DNA of 64,000 bases from Camelus ferus (taxonomy: Eukaryota): the NCBI RefSeq assembly GCF_009834535.1, contig NC_045697.1:5458001-5522000 (forward strand). The letters are read 5' to 3'. The notes beneath the pieces were generated by a model. That model saw only the letters and a list, made by a program, of their open reading frames with translations, made no database searches and was not told the DNA's origin. The position numbers and the translations under genes were made by a program. The first letter of the stretch is position 1; each line of letters starts with the position of its first letter. Below, piece after piece: positions 47,913 to 61,339 of this stretch.

Positions 47913-50869
47913 GTTAGGGCAATAGAAAACCACTGCAGAATTTAATAAAAAGGGTAACGTGATCCTAGTAATGTAGAAAAATCACTTTTCACATGAAAAC
48001 CATGGTTATGTTCACCATCTACTGCCTCAATGTCTTGATTTAATTGTCACAGCTACTCTGTGAAATCAAGGAGAAGTGAACTATTTTTGTCCCTACTTCT
48101 TAGATGAGTAACTGGGGGTTCGGGGATTTTAATGTCTCATCTGACTTCACACATGGTGGGATGGAATTGGACCCACACTTCAAGATACCTCCCTCGGTCG
48201 CCACTTCCCTACCTGCCAGTCTCCCCGTAGTTTCAAGTTTCAGTGTGAAATACCTCTTGAGACATGAGGGATTTAGAGCTGAAAACCTAAAATCAAGTGT
48301 TCCTAAAAGAACGCCAGGGATGAAATGTCATTTAATGAGGTGTCTCAGGGCAGAGTTACGTGTGGGGATAGTTCATCCAGGAAGGGCACGAAGGGCCAAG
48401 TGGCCACCCCTGTAAGGTCAATGTTAACGCAGTTGAGCTGAGGTGCAAAGCCCACCCAATGGGACAGTGACATCCCAGGCTCCAGCCTGACCCCACCGCC
48501 AACCAGCCATCCCCTGACCACTCTGGGTCTGTTTCCTCATCAACAAAGAAGCAGCTCGGGTTGAAGTTAACGCTCTGTCCCTTGCACCTCGAACATTCTA
48601 TTTTGAGGAGTGGATGGTTGAGCTTGAGAGACCAATGTGCTGGTTCACTTTCTCTATTAAACACTGTCTCTGCAAAATGAACCCAAACACAGCTCTCGGC
48701 CTCCCCAGGGACCCTGGTAATGCCCAGAAGCCAAAGACCGGGGTCACGGCAAGATGTACTAAATTATCACCATTAAAATGACCTGGTAAGAGTGCCATGC
48801 TGAATGCTTAAAGCCCAGGGCCTGGATTCAAAACCCGGCCCCACCCCCAGCGAGTGGCTTAACCTTCAAGCTCAGTTCTCTCCTCCGCAAATTGGACATA
48901 ATCACAGTCCCACCCCAGTGGAGCCGCTGAGAGGGCTCTGTGAGGGCAGCGCCATCCAGCACTGGGCACCCATCAGGGAAATGACTGTCCGTTGACTGAG
49001 CATCCTCGGGGAGGGAGAAAAGACAATTCTGGGCTCACAAACGCCATGTAAGAAAGATCCCCATTGGTTCCTCGCTCTGCTCTGCACCAGCCTCTGTCCT
49101 CGATGCCTGGCCAGAGTCCACCGGGACCACATTGCTTTTGTGCTTTTGGCACGAAATCGCTGGTTTTAACAACACAGACACAGAGCAGTGAAAGGACAAT
49201 TTGCAAACACCCACATCCAAAGGCCCGAGGGGTTATTACCAGCCGCAACTCGTCAGAATAAACAGTGATGGATTTTGCTGGGATACGAGCTTTATCCTGA
49301 GAATATCTCCTACACTCTGCCCAGCCACGCTTCAGCTGCTGGGGAGGCGGCCATGGGGGCAGGGCTGCCGAGTCCCGCTCGCTCACCTGCTCTCTCCAGT
49401 GCCCCTGCCCCTCTGCCCGCACCTCGCACCAGCCTCTGTCGCTTTCCAGCACTGCATATTATTAGTGTGATTTAGAGACTGTCATTCCAGTTAAATAATA
49501 GCTTTTATTAAGGGAAGGGCCCCTCCACAACTGTCTTGTCACTATTCAACTGCTAGGCCTGGCATCTAGTAAGTTCCAAATTGTGAAATGAATGGATGAA
49601 TGAAAAAGAGGGGAACCAACATTTCATGAGCTCCTGCTGTATACCAGCATCTCATCCCTCCTTCTCATTCCTTGGGGGGTAGGGCTCCCCTTCCTTCCAT
49701 CCACCCATCCGACAAGGAAATCAACCCAGGTCTCTGGGGCCCAGAAGTCAGGGAGCAGGAGCTGAACCCAAGCAGTGTGACCCCAAACTCAGTGCCCCTC
49801 CAGGACCTCCTGCTGCTCCATCCTCTGGGGTTCCAGCAGACCCTCTCGTGTCTCTGAGGTCACCCTGAAGGGGGTCCCCACATGGTAGTTAGAGGATGGA
49901 CCCTGGTGGGTATAAAGTTGCCAGCATGAGGGGACCATTTGTGGACATGAGTTCTCTTTCTTTCTCTGTTCTCCGTGGCCTGGAGAGTTTCACAAAGTGC
50001 TTACACGTGTCTCGGCAGTCGGGGGCCGGGGATCGGGGGCTCCCCCGCACTGCCCCCGACCCTGGAGTAGGGGCCGGCGGAGGCGGAGAGGGCCGAGCAG
50101 CGCCTGGTTGGGCCTGAGCACGGAGGTGGAGGTGACACGCGGGGCTCTCATGCGAGCAGACAAGGCTTAGTCAGCGATGCGAGGCCTCCGCCCAGCCCGG
50201 GGAATTTTCCTGAGTTCCTGAGGCCTCAGCGCCAGCACAGTGGTGTCCTGGGAAGCCAGCTGAAGGGAAAACAAGATTACACAAATCCCGCTGCCTTGCG
50301 GACTCGTCGGGTTAATGAGGCTTGATGCCTGCCCCCTGGGGTCAAAGATATTAATGGGTGCCCCAGTGCCCACCTCACGTGGTGGAAGAGAGAGCCTCAG
50401 ATGACACCTTTGTGGACCAGCTCTCGACACTCTGGCCTGGAGTGTGAGGGACGGTCCCCCTCCCTTCCATCCACCCATCAGACATTTACTGAGCTGTTGG
50501 TCCTCTCCTGACAGGTGGTAAATAATAGACATAAGAATAATGACTAATGTTCGAGTGCTTCACAGGACTGAATGAGGATTAACAGTGGAAGTGCAGGTGG
50601 AGTGGGGACCCCAGCACATGACACAAAATGGTGCAAGAGAATGGTTTGAACTCACAGCCCTCGTGGTCTGACAGCTCACAAGGGCAGGAAGGGCCACGGG
50701 GCCAAGGCACAGTAGGGCCTGGTGATTCTGGGGTGGACAGCTCTGGGATGGAAGCCTGGCCCACTGACCAACTGTGGGACCGTGAGTCCACCTGCAGACT
50801 CCTCAACAGTGGGCTCTGACCCAGGCCTCTTCGTCTGTTTTCTGATACCCAGCACAGAGCCTTGTACGT

Positions 50870-51035
50870 AGGATGGTAGACGGATGACTGAATAGACGAA
50901 AGAAGAGATGGATGGAAGGATGGATGGAAGGATGGGAAGGATGGATGTATGGATGGATGGAGGATGAGTGGATGCAACGATGCGTGGGTGGATACATGAA
51001 TGGATGATGGATGGAAGGATGGATGTGTGGATGTG
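50870..51035. repeat. Degenerate (TGGA)n simple repeat
   Basis: Imperfect GGAT/GGAA array read directly. Confidence 0.9.
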
Positions 51036-51544
51036 TTGCTGGGTAGACAGAATTCAGAACTAAGAGGGGCTGATCAGCTCAATATACCTCTTCATCTTCA
51101 AGTGTATAGAGGCCTAAAGTGGGATGTGACTTGTTCAAGACCACACAATTAATTGGGCCCAGGGCTGAAGACTCCCCCCTTTATCCCACTCCCCCCCTTT
51201 AAGTCTCCTAGTGTGCTTTATCACTTGGGCAGGATTTAACTTGAAGCAGAGAATCTGGATCATATCACCCAGGGTCCCTGGCCCGTTCCCCCGTTTCTGG
51301 CCTGAGCTACATATGGTGTTGCCTCATTCGGTCTTCATGAGGAACACCCTCCTCAATCTCTTCTGAAGGTCATGTTCTCCCCTCTCCTCCAGGGAAGCCT
51401 CCCCATCTAGGGGACCAAGGAGCCACTTCCAGGTTCAAGGGCAACAGTAATCATCATTGCTCTCAGTTCCTGAGCCTTTACTTGATGTCGTATTTAAATT
51501 AACCTTCGCGGAGGTGATAACAGTGACAACAAAGTCAGTAACAG

Positions 51545-51750
51545 TTGCAGCTAACATTTCTGGGGTTCATCCTGCCCCAGACATTGTGCTTAGTGCTCCA
51601 ACTCAACTCGGTGGGATCAGCATCATCATTTTACAGATGGGGCAACTTAGGCACAGAGAGGTTAAGCGAGTTGCCCAAGATCACACAGCCCAGAACGTGA
51701 GAAACCTGGACTTGAACGTGGGAGTGTCTGTCTCCAGGCTTGAGCACCCA
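51545..51750 (-). mobile_element. MIR SINE
   Basis: 'cattttacagatggggcaacttaggcacagagaggttaagcgagttgcccaagatcacacagc'. Confidence 0.85.
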
Positions 51751-53079
51751 ACCTCTTTCTCACACTGGCTTCCAGATCACACAGACCAAAAAAACCCCTG
51801 ATCATGACCAACTGCACCTTTATGGGAGATTTCATATCATTTTCTACTCAATTTCTCATTAATCTTTAAAAAGGTAGGAAGGTGGGTCCAGGTGAGCCCT
51901 GCCCTCATCTGGACCCTAAAACTCTCTCATATACCCAGATGCTAGAAGATTTGAAGTCAGCAAACCTGGCTGCTCTCCCTAATTCTGCCACTAATTTGAC
52001 TGTGCAGCTTAAGGAAGGTCGCTTAACCTCTCTGAGCATCCTAAATAAATAACATGTAAAGGTCGTTCTATCTTTTAGGTTAGTGGTTGTTGGGGAGAGA
52101 GAGCAACTTCCTGGGTCAAGGTCTTTCAGAGCCATCCTAGGGGCTCAGATGCCTCGACACTTAAGTCAATTCAAAAGGGAGCTGCCTGCATAAAGGGGAA
52201 GGGGCAGTGAGCCCTGAAGTCCCCTGGAAGATTCCCCACCTATAAAACTTCTGCAGGAGCTGAGGCGAACGATGGACTGTCAGGCTGTCCGGCCACAAGA
52301 GAGGCAACCAGACAAGGATGCAATTCCACCACGGCTCTTATTCAAACAGCAGAAGAAATTGTCTAAACATTGGCCCTGCTGCCAAGGCCACTGGGGCCTC
52401 CTGCAGTCTTGTCATTCCACGAGCTGAGAAGAGTGAACCACACAGCCCCGCGAGGGCAGCAGCTCTGCCAGCCGGCACACTCCAAAGGTGCCGGTGTGTC
52501 CTTGGCCAGAGGGCCCTGACGGCTCCCGCAGCCTGCCCAGATGGGACTTCTTACCCTCGAGGGGCTGCTTCAGAAGAAGCAAAGGAAGGATGAGTTGGAG
52601 CCGAGTGCGAGCAAGGTCTGGGAACTGGGGGAAGCCCCCAGGGCCAAGGTCACGGCTGAGGATGACCAAGGAAAATCCGTGAGGCGGAATCCACCAATCC
52701 CTGAAGCTGATCAGCAATAAGTGCTGGGGCAAGAGGGGGTTCTCCTAGGGATCCATTTAATTCCCACAGGAGCTCTGCAGTGTGGGTCCTGTTATCCCGT
52801 CTTATGCATGAGGGCCGTGAGACTTAGGGGATAAGGAAATTGCTCAGTCACACGGCTGCGGAGCTGCGATTTCAGGTTTTAAATCCAGGTCTCTTGGACT
52901 CAAAGCCAGCGAGCTCTTGCCTCAGTGTGCACCATGCCTGCTGCTGGGCCCTCAGTGAGCCAGAGGAGCAGGACACGCCCTCCCACTGCCCCCCAGACAG
53001 ATGGAGAAGTCAGGCTCCCACAGGTGGGTTGCACCCAAGGGACGGTGTCCCAGCCTTTGAGACAGCAGAGGCAGCCCCT

Positions 53080-53520
53080 GAAGCAGGTGCCATCAATGCC
53101 CACCCATAGTGCCTCACCTGCACCCTGGAGGCCACTGCAGACATTACCAGACAAGCCCCAGGGCTCCTGCCCCTCTGGCTGCAGGGCTCATCTGGCTTGG
53201 CCAGCAGGGTGGCCGGAGCACTACCAAGTGGACATTCCAGGAGCCACCCTCGACCCGTGCCGGCCAGGAGCTGGAGGACCAATCCCCCCGGTTCCCCTCC
53301 TCCGTGGGCCAGCTCTGGGGTGTGTTCTGCACACTCTCTGGATCCTCTGGGGCACTGAGCCTGGAGCTGCCCACAGCAGGGACCTGCCCACTTCACCCGC
53401 TTTATTGCCTCTCCTCTTCCTGCCTCACGTCCCTTCTCTGGGTTCATCGCCCACATATGTTAACTTGAACCACATCCTTATCACAGGATCAGCTTTGGGG
53501 GGACCTGCGCATCGACACGA
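53080..53520 (+). mobile_element. LTR16-like ERVL LTR
   Basis: 'ggtgccatcaatgcccacccata...ggaccaatcccccc...cacatccttatcacaggatcagctttggggg' resembles recalled LTR16 families. Confidence 0.55.
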
Positions 53521-54208
53521 CCCTGGAAGTAACAGGTGCCATGAAAAGGGGAGCTCCAGGCCACGCCCCTCCGACTCACAGCCTCAGTCCTGAGTCATTC
53601 TCAACTCCTCTGTCCCTGGATTCTCCTCAATCTGAGTAGGACTCCTCCTCATTTCTACTCGGACTCCCCCTCGTCGTTAATTATCTGGGTACTCACCTGG
53701 CCCTGTTGTCACTTCCATCCTTACCTCGCCGTGGGCATTAGACTTGGGGTCGTTCTCCAGGCTCCCCGTATCATGTTGTCTACCCACGTAGGCACTGTTC
53801 CCCGGACCCTGGGCCCTGGCATCTCCCTCCCCAGGCCGCCCTTCTGGTGACAGGATGGCCAAGTCTGCCCCGTTCTCGCTGACTCTCACTTTCACGGATT
53901 CTCTGCGGTGCAGCAGCCCCATGAACGAGGCAAGACCAAGAAGGGAGAGCCAATGATGGCCCTCCTGAGTCTGGTTTGGGCCAACAGGTGGACAGTGAGG
54001 GCAGTCAATCAAAGAGGACCCCCAGGGTGAAGGGAGGTTGGGAGAAAAAGCAAGTGTTGAGTTTACAGTGCCAGGGGGACAGCCCGGGGGTGGTATCCAG
54101 CAAGAGGGTAGAGCTACGGAGCTCAGGCTTGGTGGACGGTGTGTTGCTGAGAGATTTCCACCATTAGTTGGAGAGCTAAGCCTTCGAGTGGGTGAGACTC
54201 CCCAGAGC

Positions 54209-54534
54209 CAGGGTCTGATCCAGGTTTTTAGGAGCCATAAGCTTATATAATTTTGGATGGGGGTGCTTATTAAGAAAAAAAATACAATTATGAAAACAAA
54301 ATTGTAAGGGGGAAGGGTGTAGCTCAGTGGTGGAGCATGTGCTTAGCGTGCACAGCGTCCTGGTTTCAATCTCCAGCACCTCCATTATAAATAAATAAGC
54401 CTAATTACCTCCTCCATCCCCCCCCCCCCAAAAGAATTCAAAATTGCAAGGCCTTTCTTGGACCCTTGGAAGAAATTCATACAAGTGAGAGATGTTGAAG
54501 CCTAAGCTTGTCAGCTTCACAGTCAGCTGCTCTG
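54209..54534 (-). mobile_element. MER53-like hAT MITE split by a SINE
   Basis: 'gatccaggttttt...aagcttatataattttgg...ttaagaaaaaaaatacaa' and 'cttggaag...caagtgag...tgaagcctaagctt...cagcttcac'. Confidence 0.75.
54308..54438 (+). mobile_element. tRNA-derived SINE (camelid Vic-1-like)
   Basis: A box 'tagctcagtggtggag', B box 'ggtttcaatctc', same 'cctaattacc...ccccc aaaa' tail as the copy at 8748. TSD caaaattg(t/c)aagg at 54297-54309 and 54439-54451. Confidence 0.9.
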
Positions 54535-55189
54535 AGGAGGGGGTAAGAGCCAGGCACATTGTAGTGAAAGAACTTCCTAATGTTCCGTCTCCATCACTAG
54601 ACGGTGGGCACCCTGAGGTCTGGATTACGTAAGGTTCACCTGTGGCCCCGAGGCCTTAAGCAGTGAATGGTTGCATCAGCAGAGTTCAGTGCAGGAAACA
54701 GAAACGTGTCTAGGTATTTTTGGCAGAAAGGTATTCAGTCTGGAGGAATCAGCACTTACAAAACTGTTGGACAGGCTGGATGAAAAGAAGTTATGGGGCT
54801 GCTGCTGGGTTTCCGGCTTCAAGGTTGCCTCACCACTGTTTCAGTTTTGAGCTCAGCAAACAGCTGGAACTCCCTGCTGATGCCCCAGCAGCCCCACACC
54901 CAGGAATGGATAAGTAGAGAGTGGTGCATGGAGCGCGGCCACTGCAAAGGCTCACATCTGCCAGAACCTGATCATCAGCTGCCACAGCAAAAAGCCTGCC
55001 TTCCAGATCTCGCACGAGCTCACCGCACTTGCAGAACCTAAGTTACATCCAGAAGCATAGCAGTGAGGGAGGCTGGGTAATGCCGGTTTTATCCTTTCAA
55101 CCCCTGTGAGACCGCAGGGTGGGGAGGCCATGGAAGCAGCCACAAATGAATTCAAAGTGCCCAGAGAAGGCAATGGCACTGAGCGAGTG

Positions 55190-55730
55190 CTGTGTTTGTC
55201 ATCTGCTGCTACACAGCAAGTCACGCCAAAGCTTAGTTTGAAACAACTGCATTTATCATCTCACAGTTCCTGGGGGTCAGGAGTGCTTAGCTGGGTGCTC
55301 TGCTTCCCGCTTTCTGCCTCAACGCCAACCAGGTGCAGCCCAGGGGCGGTGACCTCATCCAAAGGCTCCCCTGGGGAAGGATCAGCCCACTCAGTGGTTT
55401 TTGGCCACATTCAGCTCCTGGTGGCGATTGGCTGGGCCTCAACATCTCACTGGTTGTTGGCTGGAAGCCACCTTCACTTCCTGGCCACGTGGCCTCTCCC
55501 ACAAGCAGCCAACATCATCAAAGGCACAAGCCCAGAAGTCAACAGAAAGAATCTGCTAGCAAGAGGAGATCAGACTTTTGGAGCCTGACGACAGATGTGA
55601 CTTCACGTCCTTTCAGCCATGTTCTCAGGTTAGCAGTGAGTCGGTGGGTCCAGTCCACGCTCGAGGGGAGGGGCTTCTCCAGGGCGTGACTACCAGGAGG
55701 AGGTGATCATCACTGGCCGTCTACTACAGG
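55190..55730 (-). mobile_element. MLT1 (older MaLR subfamily) LTR
   Basis: 'gcatttatcatctcacagttcctgggggtcaggag...ggccacattcagctcctgg...gtccagtccacgctcgaggggaggg'. Confidence 0.7.
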
Positions 55731-58004
55731 TGTGACAAACATCTGGTGAGCTCCTGACGAAGGAGGAAAAGGAAGCGGGAGGGAGACTGATGTCCCTGAG
55801 GGAGGCCATCCAGCTGCCCACACACAGCTTCACATGGTCCTGGGATCCTAGGGGAATCTCCTGGCTTGGAGTTCCCAAAGGTGATCAGCCTGGACGAGGT
55901 CGGAGGACAGAGTGGAGACCACCTCGCTGAGACCCACTCATAGGACACGGATGGATGAGCTGCACGCTGTGACCTTTACAGTGAGAAAGGGGACTGCCAG
56001 TTGGGCCGGAGGTTTGAGTCAGCTGGTGCATGTAGCACCAAGTCTGACCTAATTTTGTCCGCTTCTTTCCTAAACTTTTGATCTTCTTATGTCTCCTTTT
56101 CCATTTTTCAGCCCCCAAACCCACATGGTCGCCTGCGGAGATGCATTCACTTGGACACACTCACGTGCTGACCATGTCCCAGGCACCATGCTGGGCAAGG
56201 GGAGGCAGAGCGGGAACGACAGGCCTCTTCCTTTCAAAGTCTTTGCAGACCCAGGGTGGGGACATGAGCATAGACACTGATGACTGCGTGTGACCAGGGA
56301 CAAGACTGAGGAGGGGGCCCTGAACTCCAACACAGAGAGACAAGAAAACTTCCCACAGAAAGTGATTCCTAAGATGTGTCTCAAGCGTGGTTCCCCAGCC
56401 TGCCCTCCTGGAATATTTTTATAAAGAATACAATGTTTGGGGGCTCCTGATTTCAGTCTTTGTTTAGACTAAATAGAAAAGTGACCGAGGCACTCATCCT
56501 TAATGAAGTTTTGTGAGCCCCAGACATCAGCCAGCTGGAAAGAAAAAGTCGCTTCTTTTTACTTTCAGATCATATACTGCACCTTAGGAGAAGCAAACAG
56601 GGTCTCTGCGTCTCAGTGTGTCCATCTGTAAATGGGGCTGACTGTATTTTATACCTACTCACGTGATGGAATTGCTGGGAATCGCTAAAACCTGAGTTCC
56701 CAGGCAAAGTCAATTTCCAAGGAGGGAGCCCCTCCTTTTAAGGGCTTTGAGGCCCTTTGGATGAAAGAAAATATAGATGTAAAACTCTGTGATTCTCTAA
56801 GAACAAAGTGCTTAAGGAATAGGTGACTCACTGGAAGGAAGAGCTAGGAAAGCAATGCAAAGCCAGGGAGGAGGGAACACGGTGAAACTGATGAATTGAT
56901 GAGAACACAAGGATGACTTATAAAGGCAGGAATTAGGATGGGAGGATAAATAACACTCCAGACAAAGACATATGCAGCTGTCAATGAAACTGGTGTTTTT
57001 ACAAAGCAGCTTTCAGAACACGAGAATATGCATGAGAGAATACGAAGAAAAGGAAAAAAAAAACAAGCTACAAAATTGCATGCATAGCAGTACGATAATT
57101 ATCCAAAGGAAATACACGCGCAGAGGAAAAGGAGTGGAAAGAACTTTGCTTAAAGCAAATATCCAGGTAATGGAATCATAGCTTTTTATTTTACACGTGA
57201 GTCTTCAAATTTGCCGAATTTTCTAGGGAGGGCATGTTATGCTTTGAACTCGGAAAAGAAAATTGTTCAGAAAGGAAGAAAGAAGAACAGGAGGAGGCAG
57301 AGGAGAAGGAGAGTGGATGAAAGCTGGAAAAGTACACTGGGAAAGAAGAAATTCACACTGCCTGACCGCACACTGCGTGCTGGGCGCAGCGCAACACCTC
57401 GTGTAAACAGGAAAAAAAAGAGATGAGGACACACGCTCCGAGGAGCTTCTGTCTGGGGAGAGGCTGAAACGTAGCAGCTGGCCTTAGTGCCTGTGATGTG
57501 TGCTAGAGCCTAAGGGAACACAAGGGCTGCGGGTGAGTCCTCAGCCCAGGGAGACCCAGGAAGTCTTCCTGGAGGAGGCAACTCTGGAGCTGAGACTTGA
57601 ATGAGTGGTAGATGTCCTAATAGAGGGAGGGTGATGGGGAGGAGTGAGTAAGAGGAGACAGACATACCAGAGAAGGTCAATTTTTTTTAACTGCATCATA
57701 AGAGACAGTTGAAAAGTGTCTTTCCAACTCAGCCAGCTAACATATGGTTCTAAACATCAGTCTGCACATCCTCATTTCTGGGGGTGATGGAGGCACATTT
57801 TTTAACAACCTCATATTTGAATGGTGTTCTGTTGTTTTAAAAAGCCCTTACACGTCGTCTCACTTTATGTTCTGATGACTTTCCCATGTAGATGCCATTA
57901 CCGTTATCCTTCTGTATGTGATAACATTGAGACGTAGAAATGTGAGATGGGGTGAGGGGAAGGGAGTGTAAGAACCCAGAAACTGGAGCAGACTGTGTGT
58001 GGTC

Positions 58005-58386
58005 TGTCATGGACTGAATCATGTCCCCCCAGCAAATTCACATGTGGAAGCCCTACCCCAAGGGGACTGTGTTTGGAGACAGGACCTTTAAGAAGGAATT
58101 AAGGTTAAATGAGGTCATAAGGGTGGGGCCCTGATCCCGCAGGACTGGTGTCCTTGAAAGAAGAGGAAGAGGTACCAGCAGCAGGATGTACAGAGAAAAG
58201 GCCACGTGAGGACACAGGGAGAAGACCGGGGTCTACAAGCCAAGGAGACAGGCCTCAGGAGAAACCAACCCTGCCGACACCTTGGCCTTGGATTCCCTAG
58301 CTCCAGAACCATGAGAGGATAAATTCTGTTGTTAAAGCCATCCGGTCTGGGGCATGTTGCTACAGTGATCCCAGCTGACTAACACA
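58005..58386 (+). mobile_element. MLT1A-like MaLR solo LTR inserted in a MIR
   Basis: tgtcatggactgaat...ctgactaacaca termini; 'tgtttggagacaggacctttaag...aaggttaaatgaggtcataagggtggggccctgatcc'. MIR 5' part at ~57960-58004 and 3' part at ~58390-58590. Confidence 0.9.
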
Positions 58387-61339
58387 GCTTCCTACACCAG
58401 CTCTGCCCATATTTGCTGTGTGCCCTTGGACTTGTTGCTTAACCTCTCTGTGCCCCCATTTCCCCAATTGTAAAACGGGAATAGGAATAGTAGCCTAGTT
58501 CCCAGGGCTGTCATGAAGGGCACCTGAGTTAGTATAGCATTAGAACACTCCTGGCACATAGTGGGCACTCGGAAGCATTGTTTATTGTTTTAGTGACCTG
58601 TCTGTGGTCACACAACTGTTAATCTATGGAGGAGAAACACAGACCCAACCCTGGGAGGACCACTGCTCCCTATCACCCCCTCTAGGGAGGCGGGCGTCGT
58701 GAAACCCCTTTGTTTTACAAGCACGGAAGGCGAGTCTGGCCGAGGGCATCTATCCGGACGTTCCCCACTTACCTGAGTGGAGAAATGCACCTGAGCCCTG
58801 ACGCAGGTCCTGCCTGAAGCACCTGCCACCCACCTCACCCAGGCCTCCATCGCAGTGGGTCCAGGCCAACGAATGCTGAGAAGTAAACTCTCAGGCGGCC
58901 GGAGGTTTGGACCACCACACGTTTCATCCATTTTCTCAGCAAGTGCCGTAACCGTCTACCATGTGTCCATGCCCCGGGGACGACAGTGAGCAACGCAGAC
59001 AGAACCCTGCCCTCAGGGAGCAGAGGCTGTGATGAGTGACACGTGGTAATTCAAGAAAGATGCATGTTAGTGTAAAATCATGTAACCAGGGTGCTGAACA
59101 TCGGGAAAATCAGAAAAAATTTGTGTGTCTGTTCCTCGCAGTCCCTTCCTACCCGCTCTTTCTCTCCTGTGAGTGAAAACTCAGATCGTCTCCAGACTTT
59201 CCTGCTCCACTGTCAGCCCGTAATAAGATCTGGATTTGAGCCCACATCTAGCTAACATAAACACTTTCTGCCACATCACTGTACCAACGTTTTAATTAGA
59301 AGAACTATAGCCTAAAGTTGGTGACTTCTTTTTAACCAAGTTTTGTTTGCTTTTTTTAATTCTGAAAGGGTTAAGGTAGGAATAATATGATTAACTCATG
59401 TCTCAGTGGGGAATTAATTCAGATTTTTTTTTCTCAAAGAACCTGGCTTAAATGTGCCTCAGAAACTGAATCTGGAGTGGAGGGGATGGGATGGATCATG
59501 GTTTTAATGAGACAAGAAGGAAGAGCAGGAAGGAGGCAGGGCCAGGTTTGGAAGGAACCTTTACCACTTGGCAGCATTTTGAGATGGGATGCCCACTTCT
59601 TTGGTTGCCTCCTAGCTTTGCCTGTTGTGGACTCTGGCTGTGCATAATGATACAACTGCATTTGGGTAAACCTGATTCCTTCCTTAGAAGGCCCAAGCTC
59701 TGAGAGACTGTCATGGGACTGCAAAATCCCATTCAAGTTAAGTCTACAAGACAAGGAATCTGCACAAAATATAACTTTCCTTTTTCTTAATTGTGGTCAG
59801 AAGTAATTTCGCCAAGAGTAAGCAGGGCCTGATTTTGAAATACTTTTACTAAAAGCTACCCCACAAAACACCCTGCAATTCTCGGGGTCTTGTGCAGTGG
59901 GATACCGAAGCGCCCTCTTGTGTGGAACCTGAGAACTACAAGCCCACCCCAGAGTCACCCGCCAAAGACACCCCCCACCTCTTGCAAGGGGAAGTACCTG
60001 TTTGGCAAAGCATGTTTCCTAAGACCTTTTCTTTTGTTGTCAACCACAGGCATCTCAAACTCGATGTAGAATGGCGAACAGATATGCATTAGCATGGGAT
60101 TCTTAGGAGTATGGTAGGAGGTTGCTATAAACTGAGCCATGGGGCTGACAATTACGTGTCCACAGTAATGAAGCTACCCTGATATTTTCAGTAATCACAG
60201 CCTTCCCTAACCACCAGCTCGACGGGTACGATGGACAAGGAGGAAGAATCTCTTGTTTTTAAGGAAAAGAGAAGGCACACGTACGTGGAATGGGACCGAC
60301 GTCAGGGGCAGGGGTGGGGGTGGGAGGGTTAATTCGGCACAGACATTTTTGCTTCGAGAATCTAAAGAATTCAGCTGAGAGACTTTTCCAAAGGGAATAA
60401 GCATGTTTTAAAGTGATCTGTGATTTCACCCCCTTTTTGGTTCTCAAAAGCCTGACCGAGAAGCGTACTCAGGTAGGGCATTCACATTGCAGCCTGTGGA
60501 CTTCCTGCCTCTGGAGATCCAGTTCTGCAGACTTTCCTGCTTGTGGCTCTGAAGCACTGACATCAGAGCAGGAGCTTTTGAACCTCAAAGGCCAGGCGTC
60601 CCTGGCACTTTTAGTGGCTTCATTCTTGAGGCCAATTTAAATGTAAATTTCCCCTCAGGAGAATGCTCCCACCTCAGGCAGAGAGGGAGCCCTCTCCAGC
60701 CAATGAGTTCTGCTGAATGAGGGTCAAATGCCAAGGAAATTCTTATCAAGTCAGAGCTTCTTTCTGTGGGGAGGGAGGCAGGACCTTTGGAATGACTTGA
60801 GACAGACAGATATGACCCCAGTCATAAAGAACCCATAATTACCAGTAACATTTACTTAAGAATTTAAGAATGGGAGGAGAGAGAGGAGAAAAGAGGGAAT
60901 TAAAACAACCACAACTAAACAGGACATTCAAGAGTGCAGTTGAGAAGGGGAGGAGGGAGACCGACGTGAAAACTCTAACCATAATACACGTGTCTTTCTC
61001 CAGCACGAGGCCCTGCCCAGGATGTCCCACAGGTGAGGACAGCTGTGACACTTGGCACCCGTGGAAGATGCCTAACTTTCGCTCTGGGAAGAATGTGGCT
61101 CCTCCGGAGAAGGAAAGGCTGTAAGAATCCTCTGAATGGGTCAGCTCAGAGCCTTTCTAGAATGTTCTGCTGAAGCAGTGTCTCCCCTATGGGATCAGGG
61201 GAAGATGTGAGCTCCCAGAGGACAAATACTGTCCCATCCTAATCCCCCTCCTCTTTTCCCAAATGTTATTTGAAAAGAGAAAATTCGGATCGACTCAATC
61301 ATGTTTTAATTTCTGGGGTCAGAGGGCACGAAAGACAGA

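Noticed and set aside
52241..52247. TATAAAA as a promoter
   Set aside because: Isolated motif with no CpG cluster or other supporting elements.
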